Shown here piece by piece: positions 1-12,482 of a DNA stretch of 64,000 bases. Within the stretch, counting starts at the first letter, position 1. Each line of letters opens with the position of its first letter. The DNA comes from Camelus ferus (Eukaryota), in the NCBI RefSeq assembly GCF_009834535.1, contig NC_045697.1, positions 71,550,001 to 71,614,000 on the forward strand, read 5' to 3'. The notes beneath the pieces were generated by a model. It did no database searches. It was not told the DNA's origin and saw only the letters and a list, made by a program, of their open reading frames with translations. A program made the translations under genes and the position numbers.

Positions 1-445
1 TTTTTGCCTGTGAAACCTGTCACCTAATTGGATGTGACCCACTCACATCCTTGAGGGTAATTTCTTTTACTTAAAGTCAACTAATTGTAGATGTCAACCT
101 CATCTATGGAACACCTTCACAACAACACATGTATTGGTGTTTAATTAAACAAGTGGGTGCCATAGCCTACCTAGTTCACACATAAAACTATCACAGTTCA
201 CCCCTTGTCTATTTGGTGCATATACACATATCCTTAAACCAATAAATCTCCAGTTAAAGAGAGTAACAAAGTCATACTCCAGCCTAACACGGTAACTATC
301 CTGCATACAACCAAATACACGTTTTCCCCAGAAAAGGATATAAAGTCCTTCGGTGATGTCCCTTATCAACATCTTAGAACTTAATACTATGATGTAAAAT
401 TTATTATTAAGACATGTTATATGATAAGGGGACAAGGGAGGAAAT
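1..445 (-). mobile_element. ERVL element: MLT2-type 3' LTR (1-195) plus the adjoining internal 3' end
   Basis: MLT2-like text (cccactcacat..gagggtaat..ttacttaaagtcaac..caccttcaca..catagccta..cacataaaa..tcaca). The LTR begins TGTGA on -, preceded by the purine tract AAGGGGTGAAC. Confidence 0.75.
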
Positions 446-2194
446 AAAACAGCCTGATTTTTTTTCTATCAATACTAGGTAAGATCTTTGACTCATGTAA
501 ATCTGACTTAGCAATCCAATACTTTGTGTGAGCCCAAATATTAATCTTAATCTGTGGCCAGACATGTTATTTCTTTTCCTCATTAATTAGGTAAACAAGT
601 TAGACAAAAGGCTCTACTGTCACGTTTTTCTTTCCAGTGGAGTTTGTATACCTTATATTAAAAAGGAAATTGCAGTCAATTAAAATGTGCAACAATAAAT
701 AGTTAAGTCTGGCTCCAGAATTTAAGCAGAGCCCAGCCTCAGGAGATGTGAAGAATCAGACAGTAACAACTGAGGATATAACTGTGGACAAGGTAGAACT
801 TCACAACACCAAATCTACCAAGAGGTTGAGGATAGAGAGCTCTTCAGAGCTCATACAAAAAAAGAAAAGGCATGTGAGTCTAGGAGGCAAATTCAATCTT
901 GTTAGTATCACAACTGGGCTTCTGAAAGACTGACTGTTATTGGTTGTGTTTATTTTCCTTTGGCAATCCCTTGGAGTTTATAGAGCTACTTAAAATATTC
1001 CAGAATATTTCAGAGGTGCCGAAGATGAGTTTATTCACACTTAAACTGGAGATGTGTAGGGACTCCAGCTAATGGGACAGCAAAACTCACAGTGAGAACA
1101 CTATTCAGAAATATAATCAAATTAGGTTACTCTACTAGTGAGCACACAGTAGACACATTTGGTTGAGATTTATTGCGGGAATGTTATCAGAAAGAGTAAG
1201 TTGAACATTACCAGAAAAAGTGAGTTCTCAGGCCAGTTTTTAAAGAGGTATGTGTATTACTAAAGGGGAAGGGAATATTCAAGGGCCTTGAGGCATCATG
1301 AATGTGATGAAAGTCCACTTCATTGCCTCTAAGATGTAATCCCCACTGTTAAGACACATTGTAGCCTAGATACCATGATGTATTTTTCAATGTAGAGCTG
1401 AATTTTATTTTTTAATTAATAATACATGGCAGCAGTGTCTGGGAGCTAATCTATTATTTACATTATCTCTTTCCAAGAGTCATTCATGCATTATATACAG
1501 ACAAAAAATTCCTTTTATTTTATCTGAAGTTAGTTTCCAATGGAAAATATATTTCAATGGAAAATATGTTATATACCCTGCAAGGGAAAATAGGTATGCT
1601 GAAATTCACAATTCTCCCTGATAAATGCACACCCTGCAGATGGTTGACAGCAATTAAATGGCCAAGACTGAACTTTCACAAAGGCTTTTATTTAATGTTA
1701 AAGATTTTTATTTAAAGATAAGAGGCTGTTCCATGTGTCAGTTGAGAGCGAGAAACAATAATTAAATTGAGGAAGAATGAAAACCGATTTTTTAAAAATT
1801 TATAACCCTACTTTATTTGTGTACTTTTCCAGTGAAAATTAATATGATTATCCAAAGACTGAGCACTTGTAAAAAATGTTTTAACAAGACGTTCTATAAA
1901 AGCCCAATTCCAATTGTGTTTACTAGCACTTAAAATGTGAAATACCTCACCCAATTTTGTCAATACACAAAGAAAGCATCTGCCAGGCTCTTCAATAACT
2001 CATAACTTTCTTTTGAACACCCATGTAGCACTATTATTAACTTTTTTTCTTATCAAATCTTCTCAGTAACAATAGAAGTTAAATTAAATTTGGAACAAAC
2101 ATAAAGCTGAAAACTGCAGTAAAACAGTGGGAAAAGTATGCTGAGAGAGCAAGAAGAACTTAACAGGTACTGATCTTTGTGTGTCTGAAACTAC

Positions 2195-2310
2195 CACATT
2201 CATTCAACATTTATTGAGCCCTACTATGGGCAAGTTACTATTCCAGGTACTCAGGATACATCCTTGTACAAAACAACATCAACCTCTGTCAGAGCTTTCA
2301 TTCTCTTTCC
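2195..2310 (-). mobile_element. L2 3'-end fragment
   Basis: cattcattcaacatttattgagccctactatg...ggatac is the typical reverse-strand L2 tail. Confidence 0.65.
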
Positions 2311-3912
2311 ATAGAGTTGAAATTTTTAAGAACAACAAGAAAAACAAGAAGAAATTCAAGAAACCTTTAGTCCTAATATGCATAGTAGGACAATGTTGAG
2401 TGTTTTTTGTAATCTTTGTAATTACTTTTTGAAAGCTTCCTGAACCGAGGCTTTTTAGAAAGTGTTATATAGTAAACATTTTACATTTCCCTACGAAATT
2501 AAGAGGGAGCCTTATTTTGATTGAGACATTTCCAATGAGTAAGCTCTTCTTTTAACATTGTCTCTACAACACCAAATGTCAAATCCAAAATGGAAGCATT
2601 GAACCAGTCATTCAGACATTTCTTAGATTAAAATCAAATACAAGAGCAATAGTTTCCTTAATTATTTTAAGTCATAGTGGAACAGCTGGTAAATGACTAT
2701 TTGGGTTGTCGAAGAAGCCCTAAATGACATTAAAGAAAATAAAGATTGCTTTGCACAAGTATATTTCCTTTTTTATTTATTTTTCCATATGATCAGAGAA
2801 TGAGTCAGCCCTCTGATGTTTCATAGGGAAAAAAATGTCTTTTTAAAAAATACCATTATGTTTAAAATTTGTGCCATTTCTTTCTTTGAGCAGATCTTAA
2901 TCTGTATCTAAATTATTCAATCAAAATAACATTTACCTTTAATTGCTGAAGTAATCTGTGCTCAAATCAGAAAATTTGGAAAATACTGAAAAGCAGAGAA
3001 GAGAAAATTCTCAATGCCTTTCATAAGCACTGTTAGGAGTTTAGCTGTGTGTCCTTGTTTTTCCATCACACTTTTTGTCATATAGCATATATAACTTCAT
3101 ATTTATTATGTAGCATGCATAGTTTCAAACTAGCTTGTTTTTCCTCTTTCTTTAGCAGTCATAAACATCTTCCTATGTCAGTAAATATTCATCTGTTTGT
3201 AGCATTTAGATTTTTTCAGAAGTATAAAAATTCATTGAAGTGTGTAAAAATAGTATAGATACTTCGGTTTATTTTCTTAGGGTAAATTACTGAAATTGGG
3301 AGTTGTGGATGAATGGTATGCTCAGTGTAAAATAGAGGTTCTGTGTGTGTGTGTGAGCGTGTGTTCACATACATGTGTGTTTTCCCATGTTTTTTCCCAG
3401 AAAACCATCCATTGACCCTCCACCCCGACCCCCCAGGTCTATGACCCTCCATTGTCTTTCTATACCTCCACAACTTACGGCAAGGTTTTTCCTACTCACT
3501 TCATTTAACATTATCCTGCCTTCCCTCTCACAGAGAAAACAGAAACCATTGGGAAAACTCCCTCAGTTTCACTCCCTTACCTGCAAAGTTATTTATTTGC
3601 CTATTATTCTTACTTTTCCTCCTTGCTCAGAAGCATTTTCTCTATTCCTTCGGTGAGTGATCTTTCCTTATATTCTGAATCCTATCACCATAGTATCAGA
3701 TCTGAGGCCATGTGCCAACATTTACCAAGGAATTTGCTCATTTTATCTACCTGATTGTATTTCTTGGCAAAAAGATTTTTTTATAATGTTTTATTGTTAT
3801 GTAAATATTGATACAATCTCTAATGATATTCCTTGTTTATTCTTGAAATTACTAATTTATGTTCTCTATTTTTTTTTCATCCCTTATGCTAAGAATTTAT
3901 CAATTTTACTAG

Positions 3913-4770
3913 TTTTTTTTTTTAATTGAAGTATAGTCAGTTTACAATGTTGTGTCAGTTTCTGGTGTACAGCATAATGTTTCAGTCCTACAAACACACA
4001 TATATATATTCCTTTTCATGTTATTTTTCAGTAAAGGTTACTGCAAGAAATTAAATATAGTTCACTGTGCTCTATAGTATAAACTTATTGTTTATCTATT
4101 TTATATATAGTAGTTAGTATCTGCAAATCTTGAACTCCCAATTTATCTCTTCCCACTCCCTTCACCCTCTGGTAACCATAAGTTTGTTTTCTATGTCTCT
4201 GAGTCTGTTTCTGTTTTGTAAATAAGTTCATTTGTCTTTTTTTTTTTTAGATTCCACATATAAGTGATATCATATGGTATTTTTCTTTCTCTTTCTGGCT
4301 TACCTTTACTTACTTCCATCCATGATGCTGCAAATGGCATTATTTCATTCTTCTTATGGCTGAGCAGTATTCCATTGTATAAACATACCACCACTTCTTT
4401 ATCCATTCATCTGTCAATGGACATTTAAGTTGTTTCCATGTCTTGGCTATTGTAAATAGCACTGCTATGAACACTGGGGTGCATGTATCTTTTTGAATTA
4501 AAGTTCCCTCTGGATACATGCCCACAAGTGGGATTGCTGGATCATATAGTAAGTCTATTTTCAGTTTTTTAAGGAATCTCCATAGTGTTTTCATAACGGC
4601 TGCACCAAACTACATTCTTACCAACAATGTAGGAGGATTTGCTTTTCTCCACAGCCTCTCCAGCATTTATCATTTGTGGACTTCTTAATAATGGCCATTC
4701 TGACTGGTGTGAGGTGATACCTCATTATAGTTTTGATTTGCATTTCTCTGATAATTTGTGATGTTGAGCA
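3913..4770 (-). mobile_element. Relatively young 5'-truncated L1 (ORF2 C-terminus + 3' UTR + poly A)
   Basis: Minus-strand ORFs LWRFLKKLKIDLLYDPAIPLVGMYP, TCTPVFIAVLFTIAKTWKQLKCP and KKNEIMPFAASWM match the L1 ORF2p end. T-run at 3913-3923. Confidence 0.92.
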
Positions 4771-6003
4771 CCAGTATTTTGAAAGAACTAATGTTTGGTT
4801 TGGTAAGTTTTCCTTTCATAATTTTGGTGTTTGCTTTAATATATTTATGTTCTTATCATTTCCTATTTTCTATATTCTTTAATTTGCTGTCCTTGGTTCT
4901 TGAAATAGATGCTTGAATTACTACATTTCAGCTTTTGTAATTTCTAATTTCTAATATATACTTTTAAGACTATAAATTTTCCCCTAAGCAAATCTAAATT
5001 TTTATTTCTCATTTTTTTGCATCCCACCTTTTTAAAATTAATTTTTAAAAATATTCTACTTCCTCTTCTTCCTCTCTGGTTTACAGTTAATTATGTTACA
5101 TAGCTTTCACTATTTTACTAGTAAATGCTTTCAACAAGGGGTCAGCAGACTATGACCCATGGCCCAAATTAACACAAATCCCTGATTCATCATAATCTAT
5201 CTTAAATTAGTATTACCACACCATGACCAAGGTAATAACATTTTAATCCTATTTATCTTCTCTTGTTTTTTGACTGAAAATGTCTTTTTTTTTTTTGCCT
5301 TTATTTTGAATGATATTTTTACTGATTATATTTTTCTGAATTGACAAAAATGCATCTAAAAGATGATATTTCATTACCATCAGGCTTCCATATTTTCTGT
5401 TATATAATTAGTTGTTGAACTATAGCTGTTGTTTTGAAAGTGATGTGTTCCCCCCCAACAACCCCAGCTTCTTTTCTGTTTTGTTTCAAGCAGTTTTCCT
5501 ATGATGTAGCTCTGAGTAATTTTCTCTTTGTTATTCATGATTGGCTTTACAGAAGTTGTTGAATTTGTGGTTGATATCTTTTGTTTGTTTTGGAAATTCT
5601 CAATCATCATTATCACCTCAAATATTACATCTTTGATTTCATTTTTGTCATTTCCTGGGACTCTAATGACTTTTAGGAGGTTTTATCACTGTGTCCTCTC
5701 CACCTGTTTTTTTTCCTGTGTGTATTTCAATTTTCTGTTAATCTATCTATTTCCCATTTTCTGAAACTTTAATCTGCAGTTAAATCTATTTATTTAATTA
5801 TTAATTTCAGATAATTTTTCAGTTTTAGGATTTAGTATTTTTGAGCTTTAAGATTTTTAAAAATCTATTTTATATAGATTCCATTATTCTGAGAAAAAAT
5901 TTTATTTACCTTTTTAAACATATTAATTACAGGTACTTTAAAGTTCAAGTCTATAACTTAAAAAGCTAGATTAACCATGCATGTTTTCCTATTGCTGTAT
6001 GTG

Positions 6004-6045
<42 letters not shown>

Positions 6046-9000
6046 TTCTCTTGGTTTTGGACATTTGTTTCTATTTTTGATAAGACTTACAGTTTATTAA
6101 ATATTAGACATTACTTATGAAAAATTGTGTAGGTTCTGACTGATAGTATCTTCCAATAGGTAGAATTTAATATGTCTTTTAGTAGTCCGAGTGAGGTCAG
6201 CTTACTTTGAACTAGTCAAGGCTAGTCTACTTACAATTTGCATTTATCTAAAGGCAATAGCTTTTCTGGATTCTCAGTGTAATGCCTGAGGTGCTTTTCA
6301 TGGCTTCTTTTCTTTGGCAGACCCTGAACTCTAATTTTTGTCTCCTCAGCATTTGAAGACCACAAGAATTCCTGCTTAATTATTTTGCCACTTGGCATCC
6401 ATATTCTGCTTGGTTTCTGAACATAACAGCTCTGTGCATTCACAGTTTAGGAATTTGCAATGTATCTAAAAAAACTGTGATCTGTCTGTTGGATTCATTT
6501 TTCTGTGACTTGTTTTTTTGTGTGAAATTTTAGCCTTGTTAATCTTGAACTTTGAATTCTGTTTCCCAAGCCCAGTGCAACTACTGCAATTTCTTGCTTG
6601 TTCTGCACCTATACTGTATGGGAAAAACAAGCAATTCCCCAAAGGGGCATGTGGCATCTTATATAGAGATAACTGCTCTCCTGCATTTCCATTCTCCTGA
6701 GGATTTGGTTCCTCATGTCCAGATTGTTTGGTTCTCCAATGTCTTAAAAAAAAAAACAGCTTTAAAGACATTTATTTAGAATTGCATTTGTAATTAGTTG
6801 GTGGGGTTGAGGAAGGGTTTAGTCTGATCCAGCTACCGTGACATGGCCAGAGTTGTTATTCTGACCTCAGTCGTTTTTACTTTAACGTCATCACTTCTGC
6901 TTTTTTGAGGTTTATTTTCTTGTTCTTATTCATTTCCTTGAAAGCTCTCTTCATCTATTTGCATTCTTTCTTGTATATTTTTAAGGCTGTGCATTTTCTT
7001 CAGAGCTTCACTTTACCTATATTCCACAGATTGTGGTTTCTGGTTTGTACCACTTCTCTCTGCCTCCCCACCCACCCTACCTTCCTGAATGTTTTGGAAC
7101 TTCCCGTTTTGGGTTTCTTATTTAAGCCAAGATTATGTAAGAAAAAGTACATTGTTTCAAAGTCTCTAGGTACTAGGGTGTTTTTGATTTCTGGTATTGT
7201 TAGTAATTCCCAATTTTATTATATCTCAGCTAATGAATATATTATTTACTTTTTGAAATTTGTTGAGGCTTTTTTCATTCTAAGATATGAATTTTAAATG
7301 GTCTTTTCACGCCACTTGCAAAAGAAGTGTATTCTCTGTTTTCAAGTTACTAACCACCCTCCTCCCCCATCTCTCTCTCTCTCTCTGTTTCTCTGTCTCT
7401 CTCATTGACTGTTTTCTGGCCTGAATTCAGTAATGTTATGATCCTTATTTTCATTTTGTTCACACTTGTAGTTTGCCCAATATTTTATTTTTTATTTTTC
7501 CAAATCAGATTTTTTTCATTGCTCCTTGTATATAACTCACAATTTTATTTTTCATTGTGTTCCAATATTTTACTTTAAATAAGTTAGGCCATTTACTTTT
7601 ATTGATATTTTAGAGAAATTTAAGTTTAATTTGGCATATTATATTATGCAATGCCTTATGTTTATATAACTTTGCTTTTTAAAAATTCTTCAGTCTATAG
7701 TGATTTGTATTGTTTCTTCTGAAAAAATATTTTTTATTGTATTTATATGTTTACATATTATTTTTATGCACTACATATTTAGATTGCATTACCATTGTAT
7801 TATTAACAATGATAACATTTCCATACCCTCCCTTCTCAACCCTCTCCCAGTACAACAGATTGAATTTATTATATTATTTCTGGCTTTGGTTACCTTTTTA
7901 TTCTTATATTTACATTTTTGGAATCAACATTAGGTGATATTATTTGACTTCCAGGTACTATAAATTAGGAAGTAATTGCAAGTATACACAGACACACACA
8001 CTTCCAGCATGTAGTGTCATTGCTGCTGCTCTGACTATTTCTGCTTTTTACTCATCATGTATACACGTGCCAAGAACATGTTACTCCTTGACTATGGGCT
8101 TTTTCTGATCTGTTGGCAAATGCTGGCTACCAGAAGTGAGTGCTTTTATTTTGAAAAATATTTATTTATTGAATTTATATTACAGGACAATTTCACTGTG
8201 TATGACATTCTTAGGTCAAAATTAAATATACAACATCTTTATCTTGTGTTTAAGATTGCTGAGGAAAAATGTGAAGGCAGCCTGATGTGTCTGCCTCCTG
8301 TTTTACATGTATTAAATGTAAAGAAATGTTAAAGGAATATTTTCTATCACTGAAGTTTAGAAACTTTATTACAATATATCTAGGTTTGATTATTCTCAGA
8401 TATGGTATGCCATTTCAACATATAGTTCCAATACTTCTTTGGTATCTGGGCATTTTTCTTCGACAAAATCCTTAAATATTTATTTGTTCATTTACTTTGG
8501 GACTTCATTTGTGCCTGTATTGAATATTTTTATTCTGGCTTTCCTAGCTAAATATTTCCTTCTGTATTTTAACTCTTCATTTCCATTCTTTTCAGTTTTA
8601 CTTATTTCTGTTCTCTCTGTACCTTACATATTTTTGGTAGGTTTAATTTTTTTTTTATGTTGCTTCCAATTTTACTTTTATTTCAATTATAATTGTTTTT
8701 TTCCCTTTTACTTCTTTCCTTAGCATAGATAACCTATGTGTTATCTTTTCCTTATAACTTAATACCTCTTTTCTGAGATCTTATATCCATGTTTTATATT
8801 CCTAATAAATAGGGAAAATTACTATATTAAGATACTGGAATATTAGTGCCAAGATATTTGTTTTCCATTTTCATTGATTCTTGGCAATATTTTTCTGATA
8901 AGTTTTCATTATCTGTTTTGCTTTATTCTTTTCCTCCTTCTTTACTCATTATTTTTGGATGTATGCATCCTTATATGAGATAATTTTTCTTGTTCAGATA

Positions 9001-9560
9001 TTTGAGGAATTTCACCTAGGAAGGGACCTGTGATTTGATGCAGATTAATGATTATTTTACATATGATACAAAATTAATATTTATTTTTCCCAATCGAATA
9101 GATAGGAGATATTTTGGCAGATATTTTTATAATGCAGAAGTCTTACATGCCCCTTCTCCTATTTAGCATGTAGACTTTCTAATTTATTCTCAGTGGGACT
9201 TTCTAACTAATTCTTTGTTTGGCCCTATATTCTCTGCTTTTCAAACATATTCATGTCTGGGAAATATTTGTTGCCAACCTTTGCTCCGATGTCCAACAGT
9301 TGCAAACAAGAGTAGTTTGCATTCAGTGTGCTCCTTTTACCTTAAAAATATCTTATGGATTTTTGGTGACTAACTGCCATAAATACCCTATCTCTACTTT
9401 TTTTTTCTCCAAGGCTTATTTGTAGTTTTGGGTTTTGCTGACACACAATTTATTTGAAGCTAGGGTTTACCTGTTCCGTATTTCCTTTGATGCATTGGTT
9501 GATGTCCAATTGGAGAAGGGGAAACTATTAAACTTTTCATCATCACCTTCAAATTGGATG
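4771..9560 (-). mobile_element. Degraded old L1M/HAL1-type LINE remnants (several fragments)
   Basis: Long T-rich tract with an ORF1-like remnant on - (5380-5616: QSYIIGKLLETKQK...TENMEA) and L1M-style phrases. Boundaries are approximate. Confidence 0.6.
6009..6044. repeat. (GT)18 microsatellite
   Basis: Perfect dinucleotide run read directly. Confidence 0.95.
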
Positions 9561-10189
9561 TCTGATCTACATTTTAGCCTTTGATTTTAAGAGCATAGAG
9601 GAAGCATAGAAAACTCCTGGTCCAAGCATCTCATTTGGCAGAAGGTGAAATTCAGGCTAAAGTAAAATGTTATTGCCAAGGCCAATACCAAACCTATTAT
9701 AAATAGCAAAATAAAAATCCATCCCAGATCTCTTAATTGTCAATCCAATGCCATTTAAGTTACACAAAGTATTTTCATTCATTCCATTTCAAAACTTCTA
9801 GTAAAACATATCTCAAAGCAAGTGACTTGTTAGCAAGTTAGGATAAATATTTGCAAAAATTAGAAATATGGAAGAATTCTCTCAATAAGCAAGAGATAAC
9901 TTTCATCTAATATTTCTACCAGAATAAAAAAAGACATTTTGATATAGGTCCAAATTAAACACTAGAGTAATTTTAGGGATTAGTGGTGTTAGGTTTTGGA
10001 AATGATGGTGGGATTATTTTGCTTTTGAGCACAGTGGGAGTTGGTGCACAGAAAATGTCTGATTCTGTCCTGCCTGCTGTATCACTCAGTCTCAGGAGTT
10101 ATCTGAGAGATAGGGCACTTAATTTTTAGCTGAGACTTCAGATTTATTTTGAACATCAGGTGACTGTGTTCTCCCTAAACCCAAATTTC

Positions 10190-11170
10190 AGTTTATTCAT
10201 TCCAGATGTCTACATTTGTGCTAGATGCAGTCCTATGCACTGAGTAGAGAGTGATGAAAAAACAAAAGATGAAATCTCTGCCTTAGAGCTAATGTGTGGG
10301 AGAGAGACAGTCATCATATTCATAGGTAGATAGATTGATAGGTAGCTAATTGATTATTGCCACAAAAAAATGAAATGAAGTAGTGAGTGTATGTCCCTCC
10401 TGTTACTTAGAGGTGGACTCATGTTTGAAGAACTCTGGAAGCTCTAAGGGAATAGGTTTAAGGATTGTAGAAGTGCATGCTCACCACCTGTATACAATTT
10501 CAGGTTGAAGGTAGGTGATATTTTAGCACTTAATGGTCTACCTTATTAGCATAACATGAACTTCATCTTGCCCCATGGGTATTTTTATTTTACTGTATTT
10601 CATAATGTATTTCTGTGCCATTGGGTCTGGTTGAGGTACCAGTTCAATTAGACTTCCCATGAGCTAGTTCAGAGAGTGACAGGGGTGGGAATAATAATAT
10701 AACAGGAAAAAGGAACCTTTTGTAGTGACATTTGAATTGAAATGTAATTGATGAGAAAATGAAGGCTTGCAAATACTTCAGGGTAGAGCATAGAAATAAC
10801 AGGCTTGACATGTTTGAGGCATTGAAAGGAGGATAGTGCTGCTGGCGTGTTAAGAGGGAAGCAGAGAGTGTCGAAGAGTAAGATTTTGTTGATGGGCAGG
10901 ACTCAAATCATGGAGGACCTTGAAGGCCTGGCAGGACTGGACTATGGATTTTACCCTTACTATAGTAGGAAGCCATTGGTGGTTTTCAAAAGAATAACAG
11001 GATTGGTTTATGTTTAGCTGCTGTGTAGAGAATTAACTGTAAAAGACAGGATGGAAGCACGAAGATCAGTTATGAGCCTTTTGGAATAATCTAGGCTGTG
11101 CTCAAGGGATAGCAGTGGATATGGAGTAATGCAGATATACACAGGATATTTATAGATTTCAAAATATCTG
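10190..11170 (-). mobile_element. L2 fragments
   Basis: L2-like phrases (gggcaggactcaaatcatggaggaccttgaaggc, ggaagccattggtggttttca) and an L2 tail near 10195. Confidence 0.6.
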
Positions 11171-12009
11171 AAAACATAGGGGAAGCATTTCATTTTATTA
11201 TACATTTCTCAGGTTCATAGTTTTATTTATGACTTTAATTTTTAAAGTTTTTACCTGAAGATTGCTCTAGAGGTTGAAGGAAAGGGTTCCCTGATGAGGG
11301 AAATTTGGCTCTGGCTTGAACTCTTTCACCCTTGGCTCCTGCCACAGATGGTCCACCCCTTAGCCTTTTATTTCTGGGGTCTGTCATTTCATGGACATCT
11401 CTCTTGAGGAGCAGTGGAATGATGTTTCAGCGCTACCCTGGTCCATGGTGACCACTCAACTTCTACAAAAATGTGGATGTGTTTGTATGACAAACATACG
11501 GAGTTCACGATGCTTCTGTGCCACCTCTTCTCTACTCTGCCATCATCCTGATGCCTCTTTATCTATAGCACATCTTAGCAGCATTAGTTGCTTTGAAGGT
11601 TGAATGGTGAGCCAAATTTCAGATGTGACATTGACACTTGCCTTGACATTGTAGAGGATGAAAACATTTAGGGTTTTCATTTAACTTCTGGTAGGAGATG
11701 AACCCAATGGGAAAAAGTAAGGAGAGTGAAAACAGCCATGTTCTCTCTCTCTCTCAGCTCTCTTTTATTGACTGAAGTAGGTGTGAGGATGATTTTTGGT
11801 GGTGGAGCCAGTTCTCTGCCCAAGCACACATCAGGAAGCCCCAGTAGAGCCTCTTCCTCAAAGTTCAATCATTAATTTAGCAATTATTTATTGAGTGTCT
11901 ATTTTAGGTACTACGGCAGGTGCTAAGGCAACAGAAATGAAAAGACAATAGTAGCCCCTAACCTCAGTGTCTTAAAACATCAACCGGTTTATTTTTATAT
12001 AAGTATAAA

Positions 12010-12482
12010 CTTATAAACACACCCACGGGCTCCATGACAGTTCCTAGGCTGACCATAAAAGGTCAAAAGTGGGTGGGGGCTGGATTCCTGGGAATCCTTG
12101 CCCCTTCTCCAAAGTAGTTGGAATAATCCTCTCACTCATTAGCATATGAAATTATCAAGCCCATAAAAACTTAACAACCCCATACCTCATGGTCACTCTC
12201 TCTCTTGCCTTCTGAGATGGCCCGCACTCTGTTTATGTGATGTGTATCTACTTATACTTTAAAGTAAACACACCCACACCTCTCGGCCTCTCTCCCTCTT
12301 GCTTTTTGAGATGCATTCTGCCTATGGAGTGTATATCTCCTAAACCACTTTCCCTTCTGAATGAGACAGACCCGACTCTGTCTATGGAGTGCATATCTCT
12401 CTAAATAAACTTGCTTACACCTTACTGTACCTGGCTCTCAAATTCTTTCCTGCGTGAGGCAAGAATCTATTCTCTGGTGACA
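12010..12482 (+). mobile_element. MER41-like ERV1 LTR (5' boundary unclear)
   Basis: Colinear with recalled MER41 landmarks: ccatgacagtt, GAS-like site, gaataatcc, ttagcatat, ccataaaaa, ctctgtctatggagt, AATAAA at 12404-12409, aattctttcctgcgtgag and a terminal ggtgaCA. Confidence 0.75.

Noticed and set aside
1538..1567. Tandem caatggaaaatat duplication (NFAT-like TGGAAAA x2)
   Set aside because: A simple 17-nt-period slippage duplication in AT-rich DNA with no supporting context.
4191..4594. Active reverse-transcriptase or other protein-coding gene
   Set aside because: These are only frameshifted C-terminal scraps of L1 ORF2 in a 5'-truncated copy.
5380..9425. Many Phe/Leu/Ile-rich 60-130 aa ORFs resembling membrane peptides
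   Set aside because: They are translations of T-rich antisense LINE remnants, many with non-ATG starts and no exon structure.
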